DNA of 64,000 nucleotides, taken from IMG/VR virus record IMGVR_UViG_3300050034_000334; one strand, given 5' to 3'. Positions within the stretch are counted from its first letter, which is position 1. Each line of letters starts with the position of its first letter. Source of the stretch: a virus (lineage: Duplodnaviria > Caudoviricetes). The translations under genes and the position numbers were made by a program. Under the pieces are notes generated by a model, which ran no database searches, was not told the origin of the DNA, and was given only the letters and a program-made list of their open reading frames with translations. This document shows, piece by piece, positions 1 to 10,258 of this stretch.

Positions 1-1
1 A

Positions 2-727
2 GACGACGTCACTGTCTGCAAACCTAGCCAACTCTCTAACTATGAAGCTGAAGGTTGGAGCTTAGTCTACCCCGAACAACAGTGGATTTACAAAGATGAC
101 GAAGAACGTCGTGTTCTGAAAACTGATCTTCCTCCTCTCCTCCTCGATGGTTGGGAATGCGGAAGATGCTATCGTGCTACTGATTCCACTAAACAGAAAC
201 TTTCCGATTGGAGTTTAGCCAAGCATAAACAAAGAACTGCAGAACCTAATGGTTATTCCTTCATACCTAAAGGAGATCAGCACCATCGTAGAGTCCTAGG
301 CATTTCGGAAGAAACCAAGCAAAAGATCCGTGAAACTCTCATGGGGCGTACTCTAGCACCAGAGCATGCCGATAAGGTTCGTGTTGCTACAATTGGCAAA
401 TCCTGGACCTGGTCCTTGGAATCCAGAGCAGCCAAGTCCCAATCCATGACAGGAGAGGGCAACAATCGCTTTGGCAAGCCTGGTTACTGGAAAGACAAGA
501 CCAGACCTCAGTCAACTCGTGACAAAATGTCCGCTTCTCAATCCGCTCGCACTGATAATGCCTTCTGGAAAGGTAAGGTCGGTCCACACAAAGACCATCT
601 TCAATCTCAGAAATCTCGTGACCAGATAGCTCTCAAACTCACAGGTAGAATAGCTTCTGAAGAAACTCGTCGTAAGATGCGTGAGGCCCACGCTCTAAGA
701 AAGAAACTATCAAATCCAGTAAAGTGA
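2..727 (+). CDS. Homing endonuclease C-terminal region with NUMOD3 repeats (5' end outside window)
   Basis: Frame open from base 2 to the 727 stop; repeated SEETKQKI/SEETRRKM basic NUMOD3-like motifs. Confidence 0.7.
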   Translation, partial: DDVTVCKPSQLSNYEAEGWSLVYPEQQWIYKDDEERRVLKTDLPPLLLDGWECGRCYRATDSTKQKLSDWSLAKHKQRTAEPNGYSFIPKGDQHHRRVLGISEETKQKIRETLMGRTLAPEHADKVRVATIGKSWTWSLESRAAKSQSMTGEGNNRFGKPGYWKDKTRPQSTRDKMSASQSARTDNAFWKGKVGPHKDHLQSQKSRDQIALKLTGRIASEETRRKMREAHALRKKLSNPVK

Positions 728-759
728 GCAGTATTACTATCTCGAGGAGCACAAAATCA

Positions 760-1302
760 ATGGCTCAGAAATCCTACTTGGCAAAGAGACAGATCTACTT
801 TTCAATTGGAGCAACTTATGTTCGCCCTGGTGACATCCTAACCTACGAAGAGAGTGTGTCAAGAATGACCATCTTCCGTGGTGGAGTCCTGGTCGGCTCA
901 GTTCGTCAGACAGCGACCGGAATCAAGAGTCTCCTAGCACAGAAAGTTCCTCTGATCGAAGAGATCAAGCCAACTCCGGTTGCTCCGGTTGTGGTGAAGG
1001 AAGAGCCCAAGGTTGATCCCGCTGTGCCAGAAAGATACATTGGCCACGAGGCAGAGTACTTGGCGGACACACAACGGGCACAGACCATGGACCCAGTGGT
1101 TGTTCCTGTTCCTGTAGAGAAGCCGATTGTCCTGGCTGATCTGACCAAGGCCAAGATTGCGGCTCATGCCAAGACCTTTGGTCTGGAAATTGATCCGGAG
1201 GCTTACACTAAGATTGATCTGATTGCTCGTGTGGAAAAGCACAAGGAGTCACTCAACAATCTGCCGACTATCGCCGATGATACGAGCCAAACCGACTCTT
1301 GA
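760..1302 (+). CDS. Hypothetical protein with C-terminal HeH/LEM/Rho-N-like helical motif
   Basis: GAGGAG RBS at ~744; LADLTKAKIAAHAKTFGLEIDPEAYTKIDLIARVE. Confidence 0.6.
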   Translation: MAQKSYLAKRQIYFSIGATYVRPGDILTYEESVSRMTIFRGGVLVGSVRQTATGIKSLLAQKVPLIEEIKPTPVAPVVVKEEPKVDPAVPERYIGHEAEYLADTQRAQTMDPVVVPVPVEKPIVLADLTKAKIAAHAKTFGLEIDPEAYTKIDLIARVEKHKESLNNLPTIADDTSQTDS

Positions 1303-1328
1303 GTTCTTAAGAGAGGGCATTGTGCTCG

Positions 1329-4187
1329 ATGGCAACTGTTGACACCAACCTTGATTCCGCCATATTCACTGGCAACTCTCAGTTTGTTTTCAGTGGATCC
1401 AATCTGTATGTGGTAGGAAACACCACAACGACTGGAAGTCTGGATGTATTCCTTTCAACAGATTACGGATACACCTTTACAAACGTCGGTTCTGTGACCG
1501 TTGCTGGAGATACAACCAAGGGATTTGATCCTGCTGTGTGCCTTGACTCCGGCGGGATTCTTCGCATCGTTGGAACTATCTATGGCTCAGGTGGTTCCAC
1601 CTCCCTAGGGATCTACTTCTTCAACATCAGCACACACACGTTTGCCAGCAACTCTCCATTCATAATTGTAGCGGGATCTCAGATTGGCCGCGACTACGAT
1701 GTCGCGATGCTGCCTGACTTGACGGTGATGGTCGTGTCCTCCTTGCTGAATCAGGGAGGTTTCTACGGAGAGACTGTGATGGCCTATTTCCTAAGTGCCA
1801 GCACTTCTTCTCCTGCAGTTTTGAGTTCGCATGAACTCACTTCAAGTCCATTCAGATCTGGAAACACTTTCGGAACTGTCTCGACTTTGGCAAATGCAAC
1901 TGGAGTGGAAGTCTATCTAGGATCTCACAACAAGGTTTTCACCTTCACTCCGTTCCCAGCATCCATCACTCTTTACAAATACACCCAGAGCACCACAACC
2001 TGGGCAACCAGCACCTTGACTACCATAATGTGTCAGTACATCGATGATAGAATGACCATCATTGGCGATGGCACAAAGCGGTATCTGAGTCAGTGTTTCT
2101 TCACTCAGACCAGGTACAGTCTTGTTGGAAATGCCCTGCTGGGATACAGCGCGGATTCAGGAGCCACTTGGTCATGGGAATCCTATCTTGGAACAGGACT
2201 GCAATCAATCACTGATCCTGTGATCAGTGTCGCGCCTGAAGGATTGCGTTTTTCTTATGTGGAGAAGAACTTCACTTCCACCAACACTGGCAATGTGATG
2301 AACGGAACGCTCCGTGTCAAGCTCCTGGGTGTCGCTCCTTGGTCCATCACGATTGATCCGACTTTCTACAATGTCATCACCACTTCACGTCTGAGAGGAA
2401 CCAAGGACAAACTTCTTGCAGGAATGCTCTATGCCCTGATGGGAGAAACCACCTCTGGAGATGGTCAATTCTACACAGGATACAGCGTTCCACCAGTAGC
2501 TGCCATCGCTACTTCTACGATTTCTCTTCCAAGAGGAAGCACTCTAGTTTTGGACGCATCTGCAAGCTACGATCTAAACGGAAGCCCTCTACGTTTCACC
2601 TGGTCCACCGACAACGCGGTTGTACATGTAACCCCGATTCCTGACATTACTGGAGCAGCGAATACAGCCGCCATCTTCACTCCAACGAATACAGCTGCTC
2701 CTCTTCAAACAGCCCATGTGAGCGTGGTTGTAGAAGATCTCGATTTGAATGGCAATCCTATCCATCCCTGGGATCCAGTTCATCACACACCTGCAAGTGA
2801 ATTGGCAACATGTACGGTCACGATTCCTCTTCTTCTGGCCCCGGTTATCGGATATCTGTCACCGTTCAATGTCTCTAGAGGAACAATTGTAAGGATCGCT
2901 CCAACAATCACTGACGATGCTGTTGGAGTGACTCTCAGCTATGCTTGGACTCAGGTGTCTGGCACCACGATTGCTCTGAGTGACACAGATTTTCCATTCC
3001 TGAATGTTCTAACTCAGGCGGCTCTGCTAACAGGTGAAAGCCTGGTGTTCTCTCTATCTGTAAGTGATGGAATCAATCTTCCAGTTTTCAGAAATTTCAC
3101 CATCAATGTCGCTGCTCATGCTTTTGCTGAGCCGGATACTTTCATCAGTAGAGGAGTCTGGAGCGGCAACATCGCCCAGCGTAACACAGCTGGTTCCTAC
3201 CTCTCTGATGAGAGTTGCCTTGCATCTTCTCTGAACAATTACAAGAAGTACACCATGATTGATGGCACTGAAAGAACTCTGGTTGTCACGCCAACAGACA
3301 TCATGGTGTTTAACTACAGCGGTGCCACTGATACCACTCCACAGCAGGTGATTCTTCGCAGATTCTTTCCTCCTGGATTTCTGACAGTAGTTGACGGTGT
3401 TCAAACTGAAGACGACTACACGATCATGTTGGCAAGTGACGGGAATCTCTACAAGTACACCACAGCCCCGGCCATCAACACTGACAACTATGATTCCATA
3501 ATCTACTTGCCTTCTTTGACCTCCATGACCTTTAACAAGTTGCTGTGCACCTACAATTTCAACAACACTCGAGTTCTGGCACTCAGTGGACCTCAAGGAT
3601 GCTACCTGCTCCAGATCGACAATGCCTACTTTACCACGACCATTGGCATGGCAATTTCTCCTTCATCCAAGCTCCTGTTTGGAGGATCGAATGTAGTCTG
3701 GATTCGCACCAACAACGTAGAGTCAACCATTCAGGGGAAGGTTCTGCTTGGAACTGTCCAAAATGGCAACACCTACGAAACTCTGATCGATTTGAGCAAG
3801 AGAATTATCCTTGGAACATGGGAATCGGCCAATTTGAGCAACGCGATCGTAGACTCAGGGGAAATTCTTTTCAATGCAGAGTCGAGCTACATGGGATTCC
3901 CATCTCCTCCAGTTCTGGTTTCTGCGTTGGTTGGAACCATTTCGCATTTTATCGCTCCTGTGTGGATCACCTGGACACAGAATCGCCCAGACCTGATTTC
4001 ACTGTACAACCTCTTTACCTCGAATGATGGAGGAACTTCTTGGAGTGAAGCTCTCACAGTGACCAACGGCAACCAGTTGTCTGCTATTCTCCCAATGACT
4101 CAGGGTTACACCTACCAGCTTCGAATGCGAGCAATTAACACTGATGGAGTGAGTGGATGGTCAAATGTACTGTCCGTGTCCATCTAG
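1329..4187 (+). CDS. Large beta-rich virion/tail protein (propeller-like, PKD/Ig-like and C-terminal FN3-like domains)
   Basis: ~950 aa S/T/G-rich; LDASASYDLNGSPLRFTWST and YAWTQVSG (PKD-like); YTYQLRMRAINTDGVSGWSNVLSV (FN3-like). Confidence 0.65.
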   Translation: MATVDTNLDSAIFTGNSQFVFSGSNLYVVGNTTTTGSLDVFLSTDYGYTFTNVGSVTVAGDTTKGFDPAVCLDSGGILRIVGTIYGSGGSTSLGIYFFNISTHTFASNSPFIIVAGSQIGRDYDVAMLPDLTVMVVSSLLNQGGFYGETVMAYFLSASTSSPAVLSSHELTSSPFRSGNTFGTVSTLANATGVEVYLGSHNKVFTFTPFPASITLYKYTQSTTTWATSTLTTIMCQYIDDRMTIIGDGTKRYLSQCFFTQTRYSLVGNALLGYSADSGATWSWESYLGTGLQSITDPVISVAPEGLRFSYVEKNFTSTNTGNVMNGTLRVKLLGVAPWSITIDPTFYNVITTSRLRGTKDKLLAGMLYALMGETTSGDGQFYTGYSVPPVAAIATSTISLPRGSTLVLDASASYDLNGSPLRFTWSTDNAVVHVTPIPDITGAANTAAIFTPTNTAAPLQTAHVSVVVEDLDLNGNPIHPWDPVHHTPASELATCTVTIPLLLAPVIGYLSPFNVSRGTIVRIAPTITDDAVGVTLSYAWTQVSGTTIALSDTDFPFLNVLTQAALLTGESLVFSLSVSDGINLPVFRNFTINVAAHAFAEPDTFISRGVWSGNIAQRNTAGSYLSDESCLASSLNNYKKYTMIDGTERTLVVTPTDIMVFNYSGATDTTPQQVILRRFFPPGFLTVVDGVQTEDDYTIMLASDGNLYKYTTAPAINTDNYDSIIYLPSLTSMTFNKLLCTYNFNNTRVLALSGPQGCYLLQIDNAYFTTTIGMAISPSSKLLFGGSNVVWIRTNNVESTIQGKVLLGTVQNGNTYETLIDLSKRIILGTWESANLSNAIVDSGEILFNAESSYMGFPSPPVLVSALVGTISHFIAPVWITWTQNRPDLISLYNLFTSNDGGTSWSEALTVTNGNQLSAILPMTQGYTYQLRMRAINTDGVSGWSNVLSVSI

Positions 4188-4201
4188 AGTATTAGAGGCC
4201 C

Positions 4202-5200
4202 ATGGGATTGCTAAACAAGAGCGAGCTTCTCAAAACCCTGCGCGCAATTATGGGTTTCGATGTGAATGCTTCGCCCTTCGCGGCCTTGGAACTGAAATCC
4301 GATGAACCCTGTTTCTATCGCAGTAGCCACACCGGCTTCATTCAATCCAAGAACTACGGATCTGGAAATCACACCCACATACTTCTTTCTCACCTGAGAG
4401 ACTCTCTGCAGGTTCTCAAGGATGAAGCTGTTGAGCTTTCCTTGGACGGATCTGGGGTGTTGAAACTCTCGAGCACAGACAACGTCTACGAATCCGAGAT
4501 TCGAGTTCACACAGTTCGTCCTGAACAGGCTGGACTGAAGACTCACAACATTGGCGACATCGTTCATCGGCTTCCTGCTCACGTATTCCAGGACTTTGAT
4601 GCCAGACCGTTCATCTGTGCTGCCCAGCCAACTCTGATTGACGGAAGAATCATGATGCCTACTCAGTCAGGAATTGTCGTATGGCAGGGTCCACAAGATC
4701 TCATTCCTCTCTCGCTGTATCCAAGAGAGACCATGCTCAAGTTCATTTCGAGCTCTCAGAATTTGGAGAAGGTTGTGGTCTCTTCCAAAGGATACTGGGG
4801 TGCGGTGGCTGGAGGTCTGATCTCGTTTATTTCTGGACACACTACCGGAGACACCCTCTACAAGAGTTACAACGTCTCTGGAAAGCCTTTGGACACGTTG
4901 CCGGCTGAACGTCTAATTGTGTCACTCGAAGCGGCGGCTGGTATGTGTGGAGACAACAAGATCGAGATCGACCCGTTGCTGGGTGTTGTAACCCGAGACA
5001 CCACTGGGAACCAAAGCAGATTTGCCTTCGGTAGCCATCAGGGTTGGAGCAAGTTCGCGATCACTGGAAGAACGGCCAAGGTCATTGCTGACGCCTTGCG
5101 TCAGTCATCGGACACAGACACTGCTCTGGTCTATGTTCCCACCAATCAGTCTATGCGACTGGTTCGAGGTAATTGGCAAGTGAACTTCCGAACCTTCTGA
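4202..5200 (+). CDS. Hypothetical protein, possible divergent beta sliding clamp
   Basis: 332 aa; N-terminus LNKSELLKTLRAI resembles clamp N-termini; replication-gene context. Confidence 0.35.
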   Translation: MGLLNKSELLKTLRAIMGFDVNASPFAALELKSDEPCFYRSSHTGFIQSKNYGSGNHTHILLSHLRDSLQVLKDEAVELSLDGSGVLKLSSTDNVYESEIRVHTVRPEQAGLKTHNIGDIVHRLPAHVFQDFDARPFICAAQPTLIDGRIMMPTQSGIVVWQGPQDLIPLSLYPRETMLKFISSSQNLEKVVVSSKGYWGAVAGGLISFISGHTTGDTLYKSYNVSGKPLDTLPAERLIVSLEAAAGMCGDNKIEIDPLLGVVTRDTTGNQSRFAFGSHQGWSKFAITGRTAKVIADALRQSSDTDTALVYVPTNQSMRLVRGNWQVNFRTF

Positions 5201-5955
5201 ATGACAGTATTATCAATAACATGGACACTGTCTTGCTTACTCGTCTGGCCACTATAAGAGGTCGGCACAGTCATCTTGGAACTCAGATTCTCTTCGAGGA
5301 CAGGAACATTGCTCGACTCCATGGGAAGATTGAGCAACTTGAGAAGGACAAGATCGAACTGGTCAAGGTTCAGACTCTCATTGACCGAGCCATAACGACA
5401 ATCAGCGCAAATGGGATCGGGAAGATCGAGCAGGTTGTGACTGCTGGACTTCATCAAGTCTTCGGAAACAGAGGGAATCTGCGTTTCGTAGTTGAGAAGA
5501 AAGAGGGCAAACGCGGCAACATCTACAAGCTCAAGGTACAGAAGACTCGCAAAGATGGTCTCGTGATCCAAGGAGATGTCCTCAAGTCCTTCGGCGGCGG
5601 CCTGGCAAACGTCATCAGCTTTCTTCTCCGAGTCATGATGATCAAGAAGTTCCGCTTAACCCCATTTATAGTTCTGGATGAAAGTTTCTCAAACGTCAGT
5701 GCAAACTACTTGCCACAGGTGAGTGCTATGCTAAAATCTCTCACGTCAAAACATGGATTTACAGTACTGCTTGTTACTCATCAGGCAAGAGTAGCTGAAG
5801 AGGCAGATGCTATTTACCAAGCAGTTCCCAGTGATGACGAGAATGGTTCACCTCAACTTGTGAAGACAGAATTTTCGGAGGATCTTTTTGCTAATTTACC
5901 TTCTTCAGAATCTAGCCAACAAGAAATGTTACGTGGGTCAATGGAGGGGGAATAA
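5173..5955 (+). CDS. SbcC/Rad50/SMC ATPase, C-terminal half
   Basis: Coiled coil, then signature SFGGG and Walker B FIVLDESF, LLVTH; no Walker A; start may be ATG 5221. Confidence 0.8.
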   Translation: MASELPNLLNDSIINNMDTVLLTRLATIRGRHSHLGTQILFEDRNIARLHGKIEQLEKDKIELVKVQTLIDRAITTISANGIGKIEQVVTAGLHQVFGNRGNLRFVVEKKEGKRGNIYKLKVQKTRKDGLVIQGDVLKSFGGGLANVISFLLRVMMIKKFRLTPFIVLDESFSNVSANYLPQVSAMLKSLTSKHGFTVLLVTHQARVAEEADAIYQAVPSDDENGSPQLVKTEFSEDLFANLPSSESSQQEMLRGSMEGE

Positions 5956-6514
5956 TCTTCGTCACAGATGGAGTATGCATCTGCGAGATGCCTTCAAGTA
6001 CAAAATAGATACACGGTTGGCTCGTGCAATCAGAAAATACGGTGAAGAATCCTTCACTCTCGAGATTCTCTCTTCTGCTTCATCTCCAGAAGAACTCAAT
6101 AAGTTAGAAACCTTGTGGATTGTGGTTCTGAATAGCATCAATCCAGAATTTGGGTATAACATGACTTTTGGAGGAGATTCGAGAACTCCTGATGAAGAAA
6201 CTCGAAGGAAAATTGGTGATAGCAATCGAGGACAAAAACGAGGTCCGGAAGCTCTGGCTAATCTATCCAGATGCAAGCAAGGTTCAAAACACCCTATGTT
6301 TGGAAAACATCATTCCCTGATTACTAGGAATCAGATGGCAAAATCTCACTCTGGAGTGCCTAAAGGAACTCCCAGTGAAGAGACAAAAGCAAGTATCAGT
6401 AGATCGTGCCAGGGAAGAATTCCTTGGAATAAGGGGAAGAGCGATGCTCGATACAACGCTACTCCGAAGGCTGAAGCCGAAGCCATTGGAAGAGATAATT
6501 TCGAGGCTGAATGA
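5888..6514 (+). CDS. GIY-YIG homing endonuclease with NUMOD3
   Basis: IYLLQN..KCYVGQ, GYNMT; TTG start with GGAGG RBS; overlaps both neighbours. Confidence 0.85.
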   Translation: MLIYLLQNLANKKCYVGQWRGNNLRHRWSMHLRDAFKYKIDTRLARAIRKYGEESFTLEILSSASSPEELNKLETLWIVVLNSINPEFGYNMTFGGDSRTPDEETRRKIGDSNRGQKRGPEALANLSRCKQGSKHPMFGKHHSLITRNQMAKSHSGVPKGTPSEETKASISRSCQGRIPWNKGKSDARYNATPKAEAEAIGRDNFEAE

Positions 6515-6818
6515 GTTAGTTCATCGCCATTGCAGGAAATACCTCAAGAGAAATCTCAAACCTTGCCCTTACAACTGCAAATTGGCCAAGTGGAACGGAC
6601 CCCGGCTTATTTGCTGTGAGGGTCGTAACAGCCTAGACCCAGAGAAATGCTTCAGACCAGAGAAGTTCGTGCCGATATTCACCAAGGCCGAACTGTATGA
6701 GCAATTCAAGAGTGATCTTCGAGATCCGGAGACCTTGGTTCGCGAATACCGAGATCTGGCGATTCTTTTTTGGTGCGTGGGCGCTGACGGAGACATCATA
6801 GAGGAAACGAAGAAATGA
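6444..6818 (+). CDS. Hypothetical Cys-containing protein
   Basis: ORF track (from ATG 6444). Confidence 0.5.
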   Translation: MLDTTLLRRLKPKPLEEIISRLNELVHRHCRKYLKRNLKPCPYNCKLAKWNGPRLICCEGRNSLDPEKCFRPEKFVPIFTKAELYEQFKSDLRDPETLVREYRDLAILFWCVGADGDIIEETKK

Positions 6819-6981
6819 CAGAACCTGCTCAGTTTACCGATATCGACGGATTGGAGCACCGGCGTTCTTCAGCGGCCCATCATCACCTTTAGGCGGCACA
6901 GGCCAATATTTAGGACAAGCAGAGTTATCTCTACATGGATAACCCCACAATGGACATCCTTTACAGTGCTCTGGACAGAGT

Positions 6982-7251
6982 TTAGTGAGGTAGATGGAAA
7001 TATCCAAGGATCAAAGCTCCAACCACGGTTCCCACCACTCCAATAACCATCACCAGAGTAGCTCCGGAAATCCAGATTAGAGCCGTGACTGGTGTTTCTA
7101 GTTTGGTGACCCTAGACACAAGAGATTCTCCATTTCCTTCGTACACAACCCGACGTAGAGTTTTCACATCCTCAGCGATATCTTGCACAAACTGGCAAGG
7201 TACCATGCACTTCTCAGCTATGTTAATGTTCCCGATGCCAAGTTCACTCAT
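6982..7251 (-). CDS. Small membrane protein, holin/XhlA-like
   Basis: Coiled N-terminal part, C-terminal hydrophobic helix LIWISGATLVMVIGVVGTVVGALILG. Confidence 0.5.
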   Translation of the reverse strand: MSELGIGNINIAEKCMVPCQFVQDIAEDVKTLRRVVYEGNGESLVSRVTKLETPVTALIWISGATLVMVIGVVGTVVGALILGYFHLPH

Positions 7252-7333
7252 TGTGTACGATTCTCTCTGATTGAGCCGTTGAACTGAATATCTGGCCCTA
7301 TCTATAGTCTATAGAGGAGGGCAAAGTTGAAGA

Positions 7334-7363
7334 ATACCCGATTATTAAATTCATAGAGTAGAG
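7334..7363 (+). promoter_or_regulatory. Bipartite promoter-like motif ATACCCG-N17-GTAGAG
   Basis: Matches motif recurring 15x; upstream of 7395. Confidence 0.6.
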
Positions 7364-7394
7364 AGTCCAAGACTACTGATCCCGAGGCAAAGAC

Positions 7395-7781
7395 GTGAAA
7401 GCAACAAGGGATGATTACCGCGCATTTTTCGATTATCTTGATTGTCCAGAATCTAAGACAACGGAGACAGGCTGCTCTCATGAAGATGCAGTAGTCCTAT
7501 CTCAGTTTTCTGATTTCTCTGTGCCTTCTAGGATCTCAACTATTCGTAGACGAAGCATTAGTCCACAGGCTGGAAAGGCACTATCTATCCTTGGTCATGC
7601 CATCGAGTACTTATCAGACGAATTCATACATGACTACGATGGAGTCACACAAGTAGGTATGAGTGCACAGATCAGAGCAATTCAGATACTGATGGCCGCT
7701 AACCGTCAGGTCTATTTTGAATGCCCAGAAATGCCAACAGTGATGGAAAGGATACGGAGAGTACTTCATGGGATCAGGTAA
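7395..7781 (+). CDS. Conserved hypothetical protein (Acidobacteriaceae-like)
   Basis: RRSISPQAGKALSILGHAIEYLSDEF...ANRQVYFECPE, recalled from memory. Confidence 0.55.
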   Translation: MKATRDDYRAFFDYLDCPESKTTETGCSHEDAVVLSQFSDFSVPSRISTIRRRSISPQAGKALSILGHAIEYLSDEFIHDYDGVTQVGMSAQIRAIQILMAANRQVYFECPEMPTVMERIRRVLHGIR

Positions 7782-7782
7782 G

Positions 7783-8037
7783 ATGATTCAACCCACGAAA
7801 GAAGTATACAAACTCGCTTTGGAACTTGCTTGCAAGGATACATGCAAGAATTTTCAGTACAGTCGTGATCCTGGTTACTTCATCCAATGTGCCGAACGGA
7901 TCATCACTGAGAAAAACCTCACTGTGATCGTAGTTCTACACTCGCAAAGCAGTAGGGAACACTTGCCGACAACCCTTTCTACAGCGGATCAGCAGTCCAA
8001 ACTCCAGCTGAAGTACACGCATAAAGTGTCGTTGTAA
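7783..8037 (+). CDS. Small hypothetical protein, paralogue of 50888..51046
   Basis: MIQPTKEVYKLALELAC...AERIITEK. Confidence 0.55.
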   Translation: MIQPTKEVYKLALELACKDTCKNFQYSRDPGYFIQCAERIITEKNLTVIVVLHSQSSREHLPTTLSTADQQSKLQLKYTHKVSL

Positions 8038-8195
8038 GAGTTTATGCGTGATGGAGACGATCCTATTATCAAAGAGCATCGGATGGATTGTCCACGATGC
8101 CGAGCCTAGAGTGTACTTGCTTTCGCAATCAATCACGACCAGACAGTCACTTTCTACCGATGATAAACATAGACTAGAGTACGAGTTGTTGACTT

Positions 8196-8224
8196 TTTCA
8201 TTACCTCATATAGAGGTAATGAAA
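8196..8224 (+). promoter_or_regulatory. Hairpin occluding the RBS of a homing endonuclease
   Basis: TTTCATTACCTC-atata-GAGGTAATGAAA, perfect 12 bp stem. Confidence 0.75.
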
Positions 8225-9048
8225 TGAAAGGGTACTACGTGTACATGTATCTTCGATCTAAGTCTTCTCCTAACGGAGAAATTGGAACTCCGTACTATGT
8301 TGGAAAAGGGAATGGAAGTAGAATTCAGGAGTTTCATGGAAGGCACATCGCAGTCCCAAAATCTTCAGAAAATAGACGGACGGTTTCTGAAGGGCTTAAC
8401 GAAGCTGATGCTTTTCAACTCGAGATGCTCCTCATTCATCAGTATGGTAGGATAGATCTTGGAACTGGATGCCTTCACAACCTTACCGATGGAGGAGAAG
8501 GTGCGAGAAGGTCACTTAGGAAACCTCAATCAGAGGCGTTAAAGGCTCGTAAGAGTGTGATCATGAAGGAGTGGTACTTAAAGCATGGTGTTTCAAAGGA
8601 AAGACGAGATAAGATTCGTACAACTTTAACCAGGTACTACCAGCATAATACCAATCCTCGTGCTGGATCAGTAACGTCTGAAGAACAGAAGACGAAAGTA
8701 AGTCAGGCTATGAAACAGGTATGGTCCGTTCAAGAACATCCAATGAAGGGGAAACCTAGGAGTGAATCTACTAAACAAGCCATGAGTGTGGGTATGAAAG
8801 AGTACTATAAAAATGGAGGAATACCTCCAGGATTAGGAGTTAGTCCAAGTGTACTTACACGCGAGAAAATAAGTCAAAAGTTAACAGGAGTTAAGCATTC
8901 TGAAGAAAGACGTAGACGTCGAAGTGAACAAATGAAATCTATGTGGGCCAAAAGAAAGGCAGAAAAGAATGACGGGAATCGAATGGTACCAGTCTTGGTG
9001 GCAGGACGTTCCGTTGCTTATCTCCGAGACCAATGTCATCTATCGTAA
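8224..9048 (+). CDS. GIY-YIG-type homing endonuclease with NUMOD3
   Basis: YYVYMYLR...PYYVGKG..R, LHNLTDGGEG, HSEERRRRRSE. Confidence 0.85.
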   Translation: MKGYYVYMYLRSKSSPNGEIGTPYYVGKGNGSRIQEFHGRHIAVPKSSENRRTVSEGLNEADAFQLEMLLIHQYGRIDLGTGCLHNLTDGGEGARRSLRKPQSEALKARKSVIMKEWYLKHGVSKERRDKIRTTLTRYYQHNTNPRAGSVTSEEQKTKVSQAMKQVWSVQEHPMKGKPRSESTKQAMSVGMKEYYKNGGIPPGLGVSPSVLTREKISQKLTGVKHSEERRRRRSEQMKSMWAKRKAEKNDGNRMVPVLVAGRSVAYLRDQCHLS

Positions 9049-9772
9049 GCAGATTGCTAAGGGTCTGTCAGACAAGGTTACAGCAACCAAGAAGAAGATC
9101 ATCTCCGAGCGTGGATGGGAGCCTTGCGCTCATCTGATTGAGAAGAATTTTAGTCAAACTCTTGAGGAACTGCATTTCTTCTATGTACCCAGGGGATGGT
9201 TGCCTGGGCCATGTTTTATCTTTCCTCAACGAGATCTGACGGGTGCCTTCACCCGAGCGCAGACAAGGCCCTTGTACAAAGTGGTCTACAACACAGAAGA
9301 GGGTGAGAGCACAGCCAAATACTGCGTTGCCGGTTGCAAGAAGGATGACTTCAACGGACCAATCTGGCTGGGCAATGATCCACGAACTTTACAGATGATC
9401 GTGGAATTGGGATGGGTTATCATTGTAGAAGGACCCTTCGATCTCTTGGCCTGTCGTCTTCTGTGTCCAGATACTCCTTTCCTTTGTTCCATGACCAAAA
9501 ACATCGGCGAGAGACATGAAGACTACCTTCGCATGATGGGCGTCACCAAGATATTTCTGATGTATGACAACGAAGCTCCCAAAGCAGGCAAGGATGTGGG
9601 AGCCGGAAACCTATCGATGTGGAGGATTCAGAATCACATCAAGTGGTGCCAGGTAGACGTTATCCTCTCCCCAGCGGAAGATGCTTCGGCTTGCCTTAAG
9701 AACCCTGTTAAGGCTAGACTTCTCAAATCTCGAATTCTTTCAGCAGTTCCGGTATCAGTCACTCATGAATGA
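8969..9772 (+). CDS. Primase-like Toprim protein
   Basis: IIVEGPFDLLA and FLMYDNE Toprim motifs. Confidence 0.7.
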   Translation: MTGIEWYQSWWQDVPLLISETNVIYRKQIAKGLSDKVTATKKKIISERGWEPCAHLIEKNFSQTLEELHFFYVPRGWLPGPCFIFPQRDLTGAFTRAQTRPLYKVVYNTEEGESTAKYCVAGCKKDDFNGPIWLGNDPRTLQMIVELGWVIIVEGPFDLLACRLLCPDTPFLCSMTKNIGERHEDYLRMMGVTKIFLMYDNEAPKAGKDVGAGNLSMWRIQNHIKWCQVDVILSPAEDASACLKNPVKARLLKSRILSAVPVSVTHE

Positions 9773-9992
9773 GTGGCAATTCTTTGAGGAAATGGACAGG
9801 GAAGACATGTTGTTAGCTGTTCCAGGCATCATACCGGGTCGTCCTCGATTCGGATATCCCAGTACGGAACCATGCTGGGTTTGTGGCAGGCACAATAACA
9901 ACCAGGCCGAACCTCGATTCCTCTATGTGGTCTGTGAAGATCACCAGAATGTTCCACCAACAGAGATAAACCGGAGATTCAGACCAGAGTGA
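9765..9992 (+). CDS. Hypothetical protein
   Basis: ORF, overlaps neighbours in operon fashion. Confidence 0.5.
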   Translation: MNEWQFFEEMDREDMLLAVPGIIPGRPRFGYPSTEPCWVCGRHNNNQAEPRFLYVVCEDHQNVPPTEINRRFRPE

Positions 9993-10258
9993 GTGTCTAC
10001 GTCGATCCGCTCTTCGAGTACGGAGGCAATGCGAAGCACAGTTGTCACATGTATGCCGACACCCTTGAAGAACTTCACGCCATGGCGAAGAAGATCGGGA
10101 TGAGACGTGAGTGGTTTCAGAACAAAGAGAATGGCGACCTGCCCCACTACGATTTGGTCGAGAGCAGACGAGTGAAAGCAATAATGTTTGGAGCCGTGGA
10201 ACATACCAGACATCAGATGGTTGAGTATCGAAGAGCAAGGAGAGAATCGAATGTATAA
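9989..10258 (+). CDS. DUF4031 family protein
   Basis: VYVD...SCHMYADTLEELHAMAKKIG..REWFQ...PHYDL..RR..A...GA. Confidence 0.85.
   Translation: MSVYVDPLFEYGGNAKHSCHMYADTLEELHAMAKKIGMRREWFQNKENGDLPHYDLVESRRVKAIMFGAVEHTRHQMVEYRRARRESNV

Noticed and set aside
6816-6980. Possible small frameshifted gene
   Set aside because: No frame gives a convincing product.
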